A DNA stretch of 64,000 nucleotides from an uncultured Spartobacteria bacterium (GCA_903901425.1 CAIURC010000078.1:29828-93827); one strand, 5' to 3'. Shown: positions 34,643-43,810, counted from the stretch's first letter. Notes: a model not told the origin generated them from the letters alone. Program-made: numbers and translations.

Positions 34643-34912
34643 TCATCTGGCTGAAGCCGCCCAGGACTTGTCCTTGAAGAAGGCCCATACGCGTCGGAAC
34701 CCTGAAACGACCGGGTCGGGGTGTTTTTGGGCCGACATGCAGGAGTCCCATGCCCGGCCTCCGGCGTCCAGAACGTACTCAACGGTCGCACCACCCTCGC
34801 CAGGAGCGTAGCTCCGGGGGGTGACCGTTCCAGAAACGGACACCATGGGTTTGTTCACGCACCGGATTACCCCGGCCCAGTCGGCCGCGACTTCCTCAAC
34901 GGGCCTTGTCAA
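34643..34912 (-). pseudogene. possible relic of the C-terminal ~85 aa of an esterase (LpqC/PHB-depolymerase-like)
   Basis: TTG-initiated ORF. 'VEYVLDAGGRAWDS...VWAFFKDK' resembles esterase C-termini ('GGHAWPG ... FF'), but the His is lost and no catalytic domain precedes it. Confidence 0.3.
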
Positions 34913-35928
34913 CGGTGATCTGGATCTCGCGCTCTATCGTGGGGGACGGCCAGAATATCACCGGATCCGGCAAATGCTTTGCGGTAGAATGCCCAGTTCT
35001 CGTCACCCAGCAATTGGAAGACCCGCTCCGGATCATGGCCGACGCCGGGAATAACGGTCCAGGAGTGTGGAATCCCGAGGGATTCAAGGTGGCGGTGAAA
35101 GGCGAGGTTGTTGCCAAACGTTTCGTCCTTCTCGCCGATCACCATGCGTACGAGCGTGCCCTGCGCAATCGCCTGCGCGTTGCGTTCGGCGAGGACACGC
35201 GGGCTCGCCTCCCGGAAAACCTTCTGGTCACCGCCGAACGCCCGGCGCAGGAGATCCTCCGCCTGAATCCGGCTCGCGCGGGGCGTGCTGTTGAGCTCCG
35301 GTTGCAGTGGGCCGGCGCCCACGAGGGAGGCGGCATGGAAAAGTTCCGGATATTTGAAAGCCAACCGGGCGGAGCCGTAGCCGCCCATGCTGAATCCATC
35401 GAGCAGACGCCCCTCTCTGGAGGCTAGAGTCCGATAAGTGGCGTCGATGTGCGGCAGAAGATCCCGGAGGATCATCGACTCCACCGGAGTGGACCCGTCG
35501 GCCCAGTCGACATACATGCCCATCGGGAGGCCGTTGACAAAGACAACCAGGCACGGTGGCGCTTTGCCTTCCCGAATCGCCCGGTCGAACCGGGCTGCAA
35601 CAGACGAGATGCCCGGCAGGCCGCCGCCGGAACCATGCAGCCAGTAGACCACAGGGAACCGGCGTTCAGGCTCTGCCTCGTAGGCCGCTGGAAGATACAC
35701 ATGGTAACTCACCTCGCCCTTGGTGGAAGCGCTGTGGAAAACATGGTGGGAAACCCCTTGTGCTTTGATTGCGGGCGTCACCCAGTCCCTGCCAGGGCTC
35801 AAGGCGTGGGGCGTCTTTTCCGGGTCCGACTGGCCCCGGGCTGCGGACGAAAGAAGGGCCAGCGCCGCTGCAAAGAGGCTCCGGAAGAAACAGGCTGCAG
35901 CTTTCATGGTGTGAGAGGAAAACTTCAT
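34909..35928 (-). CDS. secreted alpha/beta-hydrolase esterase (esterase D/enterochelin-esterase-like)
   Basis: Signal peptide, 'RFPVVYWLHGSGGG', 'DGFSMGGYGS' (GxSxG), 'PGVGHD'. Confidence 0.8.
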   Translation of the reverse strand: MKFSSHTMKAAACFFRSLFAAALALLSSAARGQSDPEKTPHALSPGRDWVTPAIKAQGVSHHVFHSASTKGEVSYHVYLPAAYEAEPERRFPVVYWLHGSGGGLPGISSVAARFDRAIREGKAPPCLVVFVNGLPMGMYVDWADGSTPVESMILRDLLPHIDATYRTLASREGRLLDGFSMGGYGSARLAFKYPELFHAASLVGAGPLQPELNSTPRASRIQAEDLLRRAFGGDQKVFREASPRVLAERNAQAIAQGTLVRMVIGEKDETFGNNLAFHRHLESLGIPHSWTVIPGVGHDPERVFQLLGDENWAFYRKAFAGSGDILAVPHDRARDPDHR

Positions 35929-36092
35929 GCGGGTGGCGCCCCAATGGAAGACGCGGATGAATTGGTTTTGGTTACGGGGCGTTCATGGCTGAGGCGTGGG
36001 GGGGCGTGCGCGAACAGGGCTGGCGGCGGGATTTTTTGGTGGCAACAGACATCCATCTGCGGCCTCGGTTGCGTTTCTTTTTTTGGGAACCC

Positions 36093-36455
36093 ATGAACGA
36101 ATCCACGAACACCACAAATTCCATAAATCCCACGGACTCCACGGACACCATAAACTCCACGAACGCTATGAATTCCATGAATGCCGAGCCATCCACGCAG
36201 GGCTGCAGGGAGGGCTGCCCCTGTGTGAACCAACGAAACGTCCGCATCCTGTCCGATGTCTGTCTGGGCCTCGGTTTTGCCAGCATTCTGCTTTCGGTCT
36301 TCACTTGGTTTTTCCGGGGGAAGGCGGATCCTGCGCATGGCGAAAGGTCCGGCATTTTCATCGGCCTCTGGGTGCCGAGTTTTTTCATGCTGGCCCACCG
36401 TCTGGCGCGCAAGGCCGAACAGATGCCAGAGATGGCCGAACCCCAGCCCAAATAA
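36093..36455 (+). CDS. small two-TM membrane protein with N-terminal tripeptide-repeat tail
   Basis: ATG at 36093 inside track ORF 35985..36455. Two hydrophobic spans ('LGLGFASILLSVFTWFF', 'IFIGLWVPSFFML') and 'CREGCPC'. Coding status is uncertain because four overlapping ORFs exist here. Confidence 0.45.
   Translation: MNESTNTTNSINPTDSTDTINSTNAMNSMNAEPSTQGCREGCPCVNQRNVRILSDVCLGLGFASILLSVFTWFFRGKADPAHGERSGIFIGLWVPSFFMLAHRLARKAEQMPEMAEPQPK
36105..36185 (+). repeat. nine degenerate tandem 9-bp units encoding (T/I/M)-(N/D)-(S/T/P/A)
   Basis: acgaacacc acaaattcc ataaatccc acggactcc acggacacc ataaactcc acgaacgct atgaattcc atgaatgcc. Confidence 0.85.
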
Positions 36456-36686
36456 CTGCCCAAAAATAACTGCATCTAAATCCGGGTGTTTCCATCCCCT
36501 AGGGTCGGGGGGCGCAACCGGGCGCGGTCTCGCCCGACTTTGGAACCTCCAACCGGTCCCCAGCAAACGGTTTGGCCTCTTTCCTCGGTCCCAGTGAGGC
36601 GGGGCGCAGGATACGGAGGAGTTCTTTCTCAATCAAAATACTGTCCTTGGCTGCGAGGGAGCGGAGCCAGGAGGAGGCGGGGCGGT

Positions 36687-37853
36687 TTATGGCCGGAAAA
36701 AATGGGGCACAAAGCGGCTCAGATTGTCCGTGACCAGACCGTCGGATTCGCGCACGCCCAACCCTGCGGGTTCGTGATCGACCATCCAGCCGCCGATGAC
36801 CGGGCGGCTCCCGGCAAAGTCAGGAAGGTTGGCGAGGGCCTGGTACACAAACCCGTCCTGTCCGTAGTCCCCCGGGGTTTGGGCCACGATTTGTCCATCG
36901 GCCACGACCGTGATGTTGGCTCCTTCCCGGCTGAGCTTGGGCTTTTTGACATAGTCTCGCCCGGCCTGGCTTTCATCCAAAAAGCACGGCAGCAGATTGG
37001 GGTGTCCGCGGTGCAGTTCCCAGGCGCAGGCGAGGATCGCCTTGTTGCTGAGGAGTGCTTTCCATGCCGGCTCGATCCAGAGGGTGGGGGCCTGCGGCAG
37101 GTGCTCGCCTGCGGGTTCCCGCCAGAGCCATTCCCACGGATAGAGTTTGAAGCAGGCGACCAGGGGCGTGGACGGGTCCATACGGTCTGCGTTGGGGCCG
37201 CTGACGAACACCTGGTTTTGCGCGTCCCAGCCGAGGTCCGCGATGTTGCTCCAGCGCGTTTGGAAACCGGCGTTTTGTGCCGTATCCATCAAGTAGGAGA
37301 CCGTCTGCTCATCCTCGGGGTGTCCGGCGACGCTGGTGAAATCCAGCAGGCGCAGGGATGGATTCAGGGTGGCGTAGCGTTTCCACCCTGCAACCAAGCG
37401 CTCGTGAATCGAGTTGAACTGATCCATCTCCGGGCGGGTGTCCTGCAGCCAAAACCACTGCGCCACCGAGGCTTCGACCAGGCTGGTGGGGGTGTCGGCG
37501 TTGTATTCGAGCAGCTTTGGAACCCCGCCCGGCATCCAAGCGAAATCAAAGCGGCCGTAGAGGCTGAAGTCGTCGTTTTCCCACGACTGCAACACCATCG
37601 GAACCGCTTTTTCTGGGATCGCCAGACGCTCCCAGTCGCCCCGGTGAACCACGGTTTCTGCAACATCGATGAGCAGGGCGTGCAATTCGCTCATCGCGCT
37701 TTCCAGTTGGCTCACCTCGGCGGCGGAAAACTCGTAACAGGCAGACTCATTCCAGTAGGCTTGGGATGCAGCTCCCTGGCGGTGGTAGGTCAGACCGATT
37801 TTTTCGACCCGGTCCGGCCAGGCCGGGCGCGGGGTGGAGTCGAGCCGTCTCAT
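36687..37853 (-). CDS. glutathionylspermidine synthase-like ATP-grasp protein (YgiC/YjfC family)
   Basis: 'RVEKIGLTYH', 'YWNESACYEFSAAEV', 'LYGRFDFAW', 'PKLLEYNADTPTSL', 'SREGANI'. ATG overlaps the upstream stop (ATGA at 37851-37855). Confidence 0.8.
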   Translation of the reverse strand: MRRLDSTPRPAWPDRVEKIGLTYHRQGAASQAYWNESACYEFSAAEVSQLESAMSELHALLIDVAETVVHRGDWERLAIPEKAVPMVLQSWENDDFSLYGRFDFAWMPGGVPKLLEYNADTPTSLVEASVAQWFWLQDTRPEMDQFNSIHERLVAGWKRYATLNPSLRLLDFTSVAGHPEDEQTVSYLMDTAQNAGFQTRWSNIADLGWDAQNQVFVSGPNADRMDPSTPLVACFKLYPWEWLWREPAGEHLPQAPTLWIEPAWKALLSNKAILACAWELHRGHPNLLPCFLDESQAGRDYVKKPKLSREGANITVVADGQIVAQTPGDYGQDGFVYQALANLPDFAGSRPVIGGWMVDHEPAGLGVRESDGLVTDNLSRFVPHFFRP

Positions 37854-38371
37854 CAGCTGCCGCCTCCGTGCGAGCTGCCGCCAAAGCCGCCACGAGAAAT
37901 CTGTGAGGAGTGGAAGCTGCTGTGGCCCGCTGATGAGCTTTCACCTCCTGCCGAGGATCCGTGGGCAAAATGTGACGCAGCGCGGGAGGAACCTTGGGTG
38001 CGGGCGGCGGCGACCGCCTCCGGGCTGGGCCGGCTCCGGCTGGGAATCACCCCGTTAAAAGCCGAGGCGTGCCAATCTCCGCCGTAATAATAACCGCGCC
38101 CAGGGATATGCCAATTAAAGGGATACGGATGCCAGTTGTGGGACACGCTGTGGTAATAGCCCGCGCCCGGCGAGAAGCTGTTGTTTTCGAGCTCCTGATC
38201 GGGACTGGGTTCACCGGAGGAAAAGAATTGGTCGGCAGGTTCGGCCGGGCTTTCCTCCTTCTGCGCCTGACACCCGCTCAGACCTGCGGTGGTTGCCAGG
38301 GCTCCCGACAGGAGGAGCGCGATGGTGGTGGAACGCTTCAACGGCAACGCCCTAGTGCATCGCGCTGGCAA
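37853..38371 (-). CDS. DUF1190-like lipoprotein (YgiB/YjfM family)
   Basis: Lipobox 'GLSGCQ' and C-terminal 'RGGFGGSSHGGGS', the RGGFG tail typical of YgiB. TTG start is uncertain. Positioned between DUF350 and the ATP-grasp gene, as in E. coli yjfL-yjfM-yjfC. Confidence 0.6.
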   Translation of the reverse strand: MPARCTRALPLKRSTTIALLLSGALATTAGLSGCQAQKEESPAEPADQFFSSGEPSPDQELENNSFSPGAGYYHSVSHNWHPYPFNWHIPGRGYYYGGDWHASAFNGVIPSRSRPSPEAVAAARTQGSSRAASHFAHGSSAGGESSSAGHSSFHSSQISRGGFGGSSHGGGS

Positions 38372-38633
38372 TGATAATGCCGCAGGTGATCAGGGCGGCT
38401 CCGTATACAATCGCAGCGGCCGTATTGCCTTCCTTGAACACCAGCACCTCCAGTTTGCCTGGGGTGACCAGATCGAACAGTTTGAGCGCCAGAACGCTCA
38501 GAAGGACACCAAAAATGGCCCAGCCGGCCACGGCAGCGGCGGTGATGAGCAAATCACGGCCCACAGGGATCACGCTTGCGAGAAATGCAGGAGACATAAA
38601 CAGGGCGTTCAAAGTACCGAAACGGAACCCCAT
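38352..38633 (-). CDS. DUF350 membrane protein (YjfL family)
   Basis: 93 aa with three hydrophobic spans. 'LFDLVTPGKLEVLVFKEGNTAAAIVYGAALI' matches the DUF350 pattern. Confidence 0.7.
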   Translation of the reverse strand: MGFRFGTLNALFMSPAFLASVIPVGRDLLITAAAVAGWAIFGVLLSVLALKLFDLVTPGKLEVLVFKEGNTAAAIVYGAALITCGIIIASAMH

Positions 38634-38837
38634 CCGCGATTACAATTAGCCGCGCCGTTTCTTCTGCAACGCGACAGAGCGGTGGCAAGCGGCGCGGCGA
38701 TGCTGCGTCCGATTCGCAGGGACAAATCCTCGCCGCGGACCGTCTGTTTCCGCCGCTCGAACAGCGCCCGACGGGCCGCCGGAATCCGCCGGACCCCGGG
38801 CAGAGACGCTGGCAGGGGCGCAGCTGACAGGCGCGTA

Positions 38838-39566
38838 TCATTTCCGCACAGGGACAAACTTCCCGAGATCCCGCATCGCAACCACCGTGCAGCCCTCGTC
38901 TTTGAGATGCTGCATGTACGCCTCGAACTGCGCGGGCTCCGTGTTCACCCATGGGTGCTTGATGTCCGGCACGCCGTGAAACGTCAGGACGGCAATCTTC
39001 CCTTCTCTCGCCTGCGCCACGGCGGCCTTGAACTGTTCGAGGGTGCTGTCCGGTTTCCCATCAAAAGCCTGGGGCATGAGCAGCGGATTGTCTGTGGAAG
39101 GGTCAAACGCCTTTGCTCCACCGGCTCGCGCAAAGAGGTAGCCGCGCTCGCCCAGCAGTTTTACCGCTCCCTCGCTGGTCGCATAGCCGGGGTAGCAAAA
39201 ACTGACTGGGCGCGGAATGCCGGCTTTGGCGCACTGCGTCTCGATGAACTCCACATCCGAAGCCAGTTGCTCCGGGTTCTGTTTGGTCACGCCGGCATGT
39301 TTCCGCGTGTGATTGCCGATCTCGAAACCCTGTTCGTGCAGCGCCTTGATCTGCTCCCAAGTCATGTAGTGGGTTTTGTCTACGAGAAACTCAAAGCCCT
39401 CGGTGATGAAGAATGTAGCGCCAAAACCATGTTTTTTTAGCAGGGGCGCCACAAAGCTCGGATGGCTGGCCACCGAGTCATCAAAGGTGAGCACCACCAG
39501 CTTGTCCGGCACAGGATCTGCCCGGAGCGAAGCGGTGGCGAGAAGGGTCAACAGGAGGCGTTTCAT
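38838..39566 (-). CDS. polysaccharide deacetylase family protein (CE4)
   Basis: Signal peptide, 'LVVLTFDDSVASH', 'GFGATFFI', 'GFEIGNHTRKH'. Confidence 0.85.
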   Translation of the reverse strand: MKRLLLTLLATASLRADPVPDKLVVLTFDDSVASHPSFVAPLLKKHGFGATFFITEGFEFLVDKTHYMTWEQIKALHEQGFEIGNHTRKHAGVTKQNPEQLASDVEFIETQCAKAGIPRPVSFCYPGYATSEGAVKLLGERGYLFARAGGAKAFDPSTDNPLLMPQAFDGKPDSTLEQFKAAVAQAREGKIAVLTFHGVPDIKHPWVNTEPAQFEAYMQHLKDEGCTVVAMRDLGKFVPVRK

Positions 39567-39980
39567 AGGGGCTTAGGGGACACCCATAGGTTCGCTTCTT
39601 TACCACCGGGCGATCAAGACGGCCGCTGATTTTTTCTGAAAAGAACGCGGCCTTCTAAATTACAAATATGAACAGATTCCAAATGACTCGTGATTTAGAA
39701 CGAATCCAAGCGATGAACGGATGAAAAAATCGCTTTTTTGACGGGCTGCCGGGAACTGCGGGAGAGCGGATGGGGCTGGTGGGTTTTGGCGGACTCATTC
39801 TCCGGCAGGCCGCTGCTTTGAGTCTCAGCGCACGGTAAACCCCGAAGATCGTGTCCCCCCTCAAATCTCAGAAAGGAGCTTTGACTCGCATGTTTTTTGC
39901 GGTGTAAGGGGGGCATGAAGCGTTGGGGCATCAGGTACACGCAGTCCACCGGGCCGTGCGAGCGGACCTTGTAGGACGGG

Positions 39981-42900
39981 GTGCACTTGTTGGGAGCGGG
40001 ACCGGGAGTTGAGATTGTGATCGAGGGCGAGGGCGTGGCCGCTGTGCACGCGCGGATTGCGATTTCTGCTGGGGGCGTGTCGGTGGAGAATTTGGCGGGA
40101 CCTGTGGGAGTATGGCTAAACGGTCAGCGGGTGGAGGGGAGCGCTGCGGTTTACGGCAGTTCCCTGATCCGGCTCGGTGACGCGCTTGTGCTTCTTCAGG
40201 AGGAATCGGAGGATCCAGAGGCGCAGCAATGGGGGGCGGCGCTGGCGACCACGATTCCCCTTCTTGGCCGACCACCTGCTCCGGGCGGTGCGGGCTTGCC
40301 AGAGCATGGGGGCGAGGTCTTTGAGGCACTGAGAGGCTTGCAGGAGCGTGAAAAATGCGTTGTGGGTGGCCCGGAAGCCGGTCCAGACGCGCCTCTGAGC
40401 GGCAGCTACCGGCTGGGAGACGAGATTGCGAGGGGTGGGATGGGGGTGATTTTCTACGGCCAAGACGCGCGGCTGAGGCGTGAGGTGGCGATCAAGGTCA
40501 GCCGCGTGGGGGATCACGGGTACGACCCGCGTTTCATTCGGGAAGCGGAGATCTTGGCGTGCTTGGCGCATCCGAACATTGTGCCGATCTACAATCTTGG
40601 GGTGGACGAGTTGGGCAGGCCGTTTTACAGCATGAAACTGATTCGGGGCAGGACGCTGCAAGCCGTGGTGAGGGCGTTGCGCGAGGGGGATCTGGAGGCG
40701 GTGCGAGAGTATGGCCGGGATCGGTTACTCACGGTGTTTAGGAAGGTGTGCGACGCCGTGTCATTCGCCCACAACCGCGGGGTTCTCCATCGGGATCTGA
40801 AGCCCGAAAACGTGATGGTTGGAGAGTATGGCGAGGTGCTGGTCATGGATTGGGGATTAGCCAAGGTGCTGGGAGAGCCGGGGGACTCTCAGCCGAGTCC
40901 CTCCGAGCGGTCGGCCTCGCCGGGCACGGATTTGTCGGAGAGCACTCTCATGAGTCTGGAGGGAGCGGTGATGGGCACCCCGCATTACATGTCTCCAGAG
41001 CAGGCGGAGGGTCGGCTCTCCGAGTTGGATGCCCGTTCCGACGTGTACAGCTTGGGCGCTTTGCTTTTTGCCATTCTCACCCTCCGTCCGCCGGTGGAAG
41101 GGCGGACTGTTGAGGAGGTGCTCGACCGGGTCAAACGGGGTGAAGTGGCGGCCATGGGCCGCGCGGTACGCGACTTGGCGGGTGCGCCGGGGCTGCCGCA
41201 GGAGTCGGCAAGGATTGTAAAACGGGAGTCGGCGCCTGAGGCGCTCATGGCCGTGGTTCGGCGCGCCATGGCGAGGGATCCCGACGCCCGCTATGCCAGC
41301 GCTGCGGAACTCGCCGCAGATGTCGAAGCGTATCAGAGCGGGTTCGCGACGCGTGCGGAGCGGGCCGGAGCACTTCGCCAAATGGTGCTGCTCATGCTCC
41401 GCCACAAGGCGGTGTCGAGCCTTCTTGTGCTGCTCGTGGCGGCGGGCATGGGGTTTGCCGTGCGTCTGGCCGAGAGCGAGAGCCAGGCGCGGAAAAGCGA
41501 AGCGCAGGCGCGGGCGAGCCAGATCCTCGCGATGAAGGAAAAGGAGGAGACCCGCAAAGCCCTTGCAAAATCTCAAATCGCCCTCGCCGAGGCTGCCTAT
41601 CAGGACGAGGATGGAAGCAAGGCCCGCAACGTTCTGGAGCGGGTGCCTGCGGACCTGAGGGACTCAGACTGGCGCTACCTCTTTGATCACACCGACACGT
41701 CCATGGATCTGCCGGGTTTGGATGCGCTCCGGACCGTGGCCGCAGCCGTCCCGCATCCCACGGTGCCCGGGGTGTTCGCCTTTTTTCTCAGAGAAGGCAA
41801 AGTCTGGCTGTTCGATTCGGGAACTGGAAAACGGCTTTTGGAATTCCCTCTGGACCTGCCTCTTTCCTCCCGCAAACAGGGGGATCCGCCGGTCCTGAGT
41901 TTTTCCCCGGATGGCGAGCGGTTGGCGATCGGGTGGCGGGACCGTTTCGGGGTGGGTTTCTACAGCACTCGGACCGGATCGAATCTGGGATCTTTGGATA
42001 CTCTTGGAACGGCCTGCATGGAGTTTTCGGCGGACGGCGCGCAGATTCTGCATCGGGAATTGAACAAAGGCGCAGCAGGTCGGCTCAGGCTTTGGAGCGT
42101 TGCCGAGGGAAAGCCTGTGTGGGAGCGGCCGGTTTCAATCGATTCAGGAAGAGTTTTCCCCGCGTGTTTTGTTCCGGGAACGAACTCGATTTTGGTGGCG
42201 GAACCCGAGGACCGTCTGGAGTTGGTATCCGCGGCCGATGGCTCGACGCTGCGCCGATTTCCTTCGGTGCATTCCGGAGTGGCCGCCTTGGCGGTTCATC
42301 CCAAGGGGCGTGTGGCGGTGGCCGGTGAGGCCAACGGATTTGTGCGCGTCTTGGACATTGAGGAGGGCCGCGTGTTGTTTGAGCACCGGGCCAACTCAGA
42401 CGCGGTGCGCGGTGTTGCCTACTTGCCGGAGGGCGACCGGTTCGCAACGCTTGGCTTCGAGGGGGATGGCCGCGCATCGCTCCGGCTATGGGATGCGACC
42501 AGCGGCTACCTGCTGCCGCCGCTCCTTGGAATGGGTGGGCAGGACCGCTACGGGGGCGCTTTGGTTGTGCATCCCCTCTCGGGGGAGTTGCTGGCCGCTG
42601 CGGGGGAGTCGGTCAAGATATGGGCGGTTTCTCACAATCGTGAAATCTGGAGGCAGGTTCGCACGACCGGTGTTTCCCGGGCTTTTTTCTTCGGGTCAGA
42701 TGACCGTGTGCTTACCCAGTCGCAGCGAGACCCGGACGAACGCAATCCGCTGCCATACGACCTGGGAGTCTGGGATGTGGGCGGGCTGCATCCGCAGGAG
42801 ATCTGGAGTAATCCCAAAGGGCGTTATCTCGGGATGAGCGTGAGCGCAAATGGGGAGCGAGCGGTGGTGCTTGCCCATGAGAGTCCACACCAGGCGTTGG

Positions 42901-43586
42901 TGCTCCGCCGAGAGGGGCCTGGGGTGGCTGTCGCCGCATCTTTCCCGGTGCAGGCGTTTGTAAGAAATATTTTGGAACTCAGCCCTTCCGGCCAACGCCT
43001 TTGGACTGGCAAAGAGGTGTTGGAAACCCAACAAGGCCGGACCCTCTGCAAAATTGAGCGGAGAGGCGTTCCGGAGCGTTTCTTTCCCTCGGTCTGGATC
43101 GACGAGAACCGCCTGGCGGAAGCCATCGAGGTTTCAGGGACGGAAGGATCGTCCTGTTTGCTGAACGTGTGGGACACCCATACAGGAAATTTGCTGTGCA
43201 AAGTGCCGATGCCCGCGGACGTGACGCTCAAAGCACTGGCCGTTTCAAGCGACGGTCGAATGCTCGCAGAGGGCGGTTCCGATCTGAAAATCCGGATCCG
43301 CGACACGGCCACGATGCATGTGCTGAAGCAGTTCCGGGCACACGACCAGGATGTTACAGCGCTGGCTTGGGATCCAACTACGGGCCGGCTTGCCAGCGGC
43401 TCGGCAGATCTTACGGTGCGACTCTGGGACGTCAGCGGCGAGGAACCCAAGCAATGGAGAGAGTTCCGCGGACCCATGAACGCGGTGAAAAGTTTGGCGT
43501 TTAGTCCGTCCGGGCGCCGCTTGCTCTCCCGGGAAGCCTCTGCAAGGGAGGGCGTCACGCGGATGTGGGAACTGGGCGCGAAATAG
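39981..43586 (+). CDS. FHA-like / Ser-Thr protein kinase / TM / WD40 beta-propeller protein
   Basis: GTG start, with an in-frame TAG 9 nt upstream. 'ARGGMGVIF', 'EVAIKV', 'HRDLKPENVMV', 'DWGLAK', 'GTPHYMSPEQ', TM 'LLVLLVAAGMGFAV'. C-terminal WD repeats ('LASGSADLTVRLWD'). Confidence 0.85.
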   Translation: MHLLGAGPGVEIVIEGEGVAAVHARIAISAGGVSVENLAGPVGVWLNGQRVEGSAAVYGSSLIRLGDALVLLQEESEDPEAQQWGAALATTIPLLGRPPAPGGAGLPEHGGEVFEALRGLQEREKCVVGGPEAGPDAPLSGSYRLGDEIARGGMGVIFYGQDARLRREVAIKVSRVGDHGYDPRFIREAEILACLAHPNIVPIYNLGVDELGRPFYSMKLIRGRTLQAVVRALREGDLEAVREYGRDRLLTVFRKVCDAVSFAHNRGVLHRDLKPENVMVGEYGEVLVMDWGLAKVLGEPGDSQPSPSERSASPGTDLSESTLMSLEGAVMGTPHYMSPEQAEGRLSELDARSDVYSLGALLFAILTLRPPVEGRTVEEVLDRVKRGEVAAMGRAVRDLAGAPGLPQESARIVKRESAPEALMAVVRRAMARDPDARYASAAELAADVEAYQSGFATRAERAGALRQMVLLMLRHKAVSSLLVLLVAAGMGFAVRLAESESQARKSEAQARASQILAMKEKEETRKALAKSQIALAEAAYQDEDGSKARNVLERVPADLRDSDWRYLFDHTDTSMDLPGLDALRTVAAAVPHPTVPGVFAFFLREGKVWLFDSGTGKRLLEFPLDLPLSSRKQGDPPVLSFSPDGERLAIGWRDRFGVGFYSTRTGSNLGSLDTLGTACMEFSADGAQILHRELNKGAAGRLRLWSVAEGKPVWERPVSIDSGRVFPACFVPGTNSILVAEPEDRLELVSAADGSTLRRFPSVHSGVAALAVHPKGRVAVAGEANGFVRVLDIEEGRVLFEHRANSDAVRGVAYLPEGDRFATLGFEGDGRASLRLWDATSGYLLPPLLGMGGQDRYGGALVVHPLSGELLAAAGESVKIWAVSHNREIWRQVRTTGVSRAFFFGSDDRVLTQSQRDPDERNPLPYDLGVWDVGGLHPQEIWSNPKGRYLGMSVSANGERAVVLAHESPHQALVLRREGPGVAVAASFPVQAFVRNILELSPSGQRLWTGKEVLETQQGRTLCKIERRGVPERFFPSVWIDENRLAEAIEVSGTEGSSCLLNVWDTHTGNLLCKVPMPADVTLKALAVSSDGRMLAEGGSDLKIRIRDTATMHVLKQFRAHDQDVTALAWDPTTGRLASGSADLTVRLWDVSGEEPKQWREFRGPMNAVKSLAFSPSGRRLLSREASAREGVTRMWELGAK

Positions 43587-43810
43587 GTCGGTGGCCGGCG
43601 TGCGCGAGTTTTGTGCCAAAGCGCGGGGTTACATCTTGGAATTGATGTTGGCCAACTCGGTGCCAACGGTCTCTACGCGGTCCATGGCACAGACTCTGGC
43701 CGGTGCGGAAACCGGGCATTTCCGGCGTTTAGAGGGGATGAGGCGGTGGAACGGCTCGGAAACCGCCTGGATGCCGGGCGCAACGCCCAGCGGCCTGTGT
43801 TTGGGGAGTC

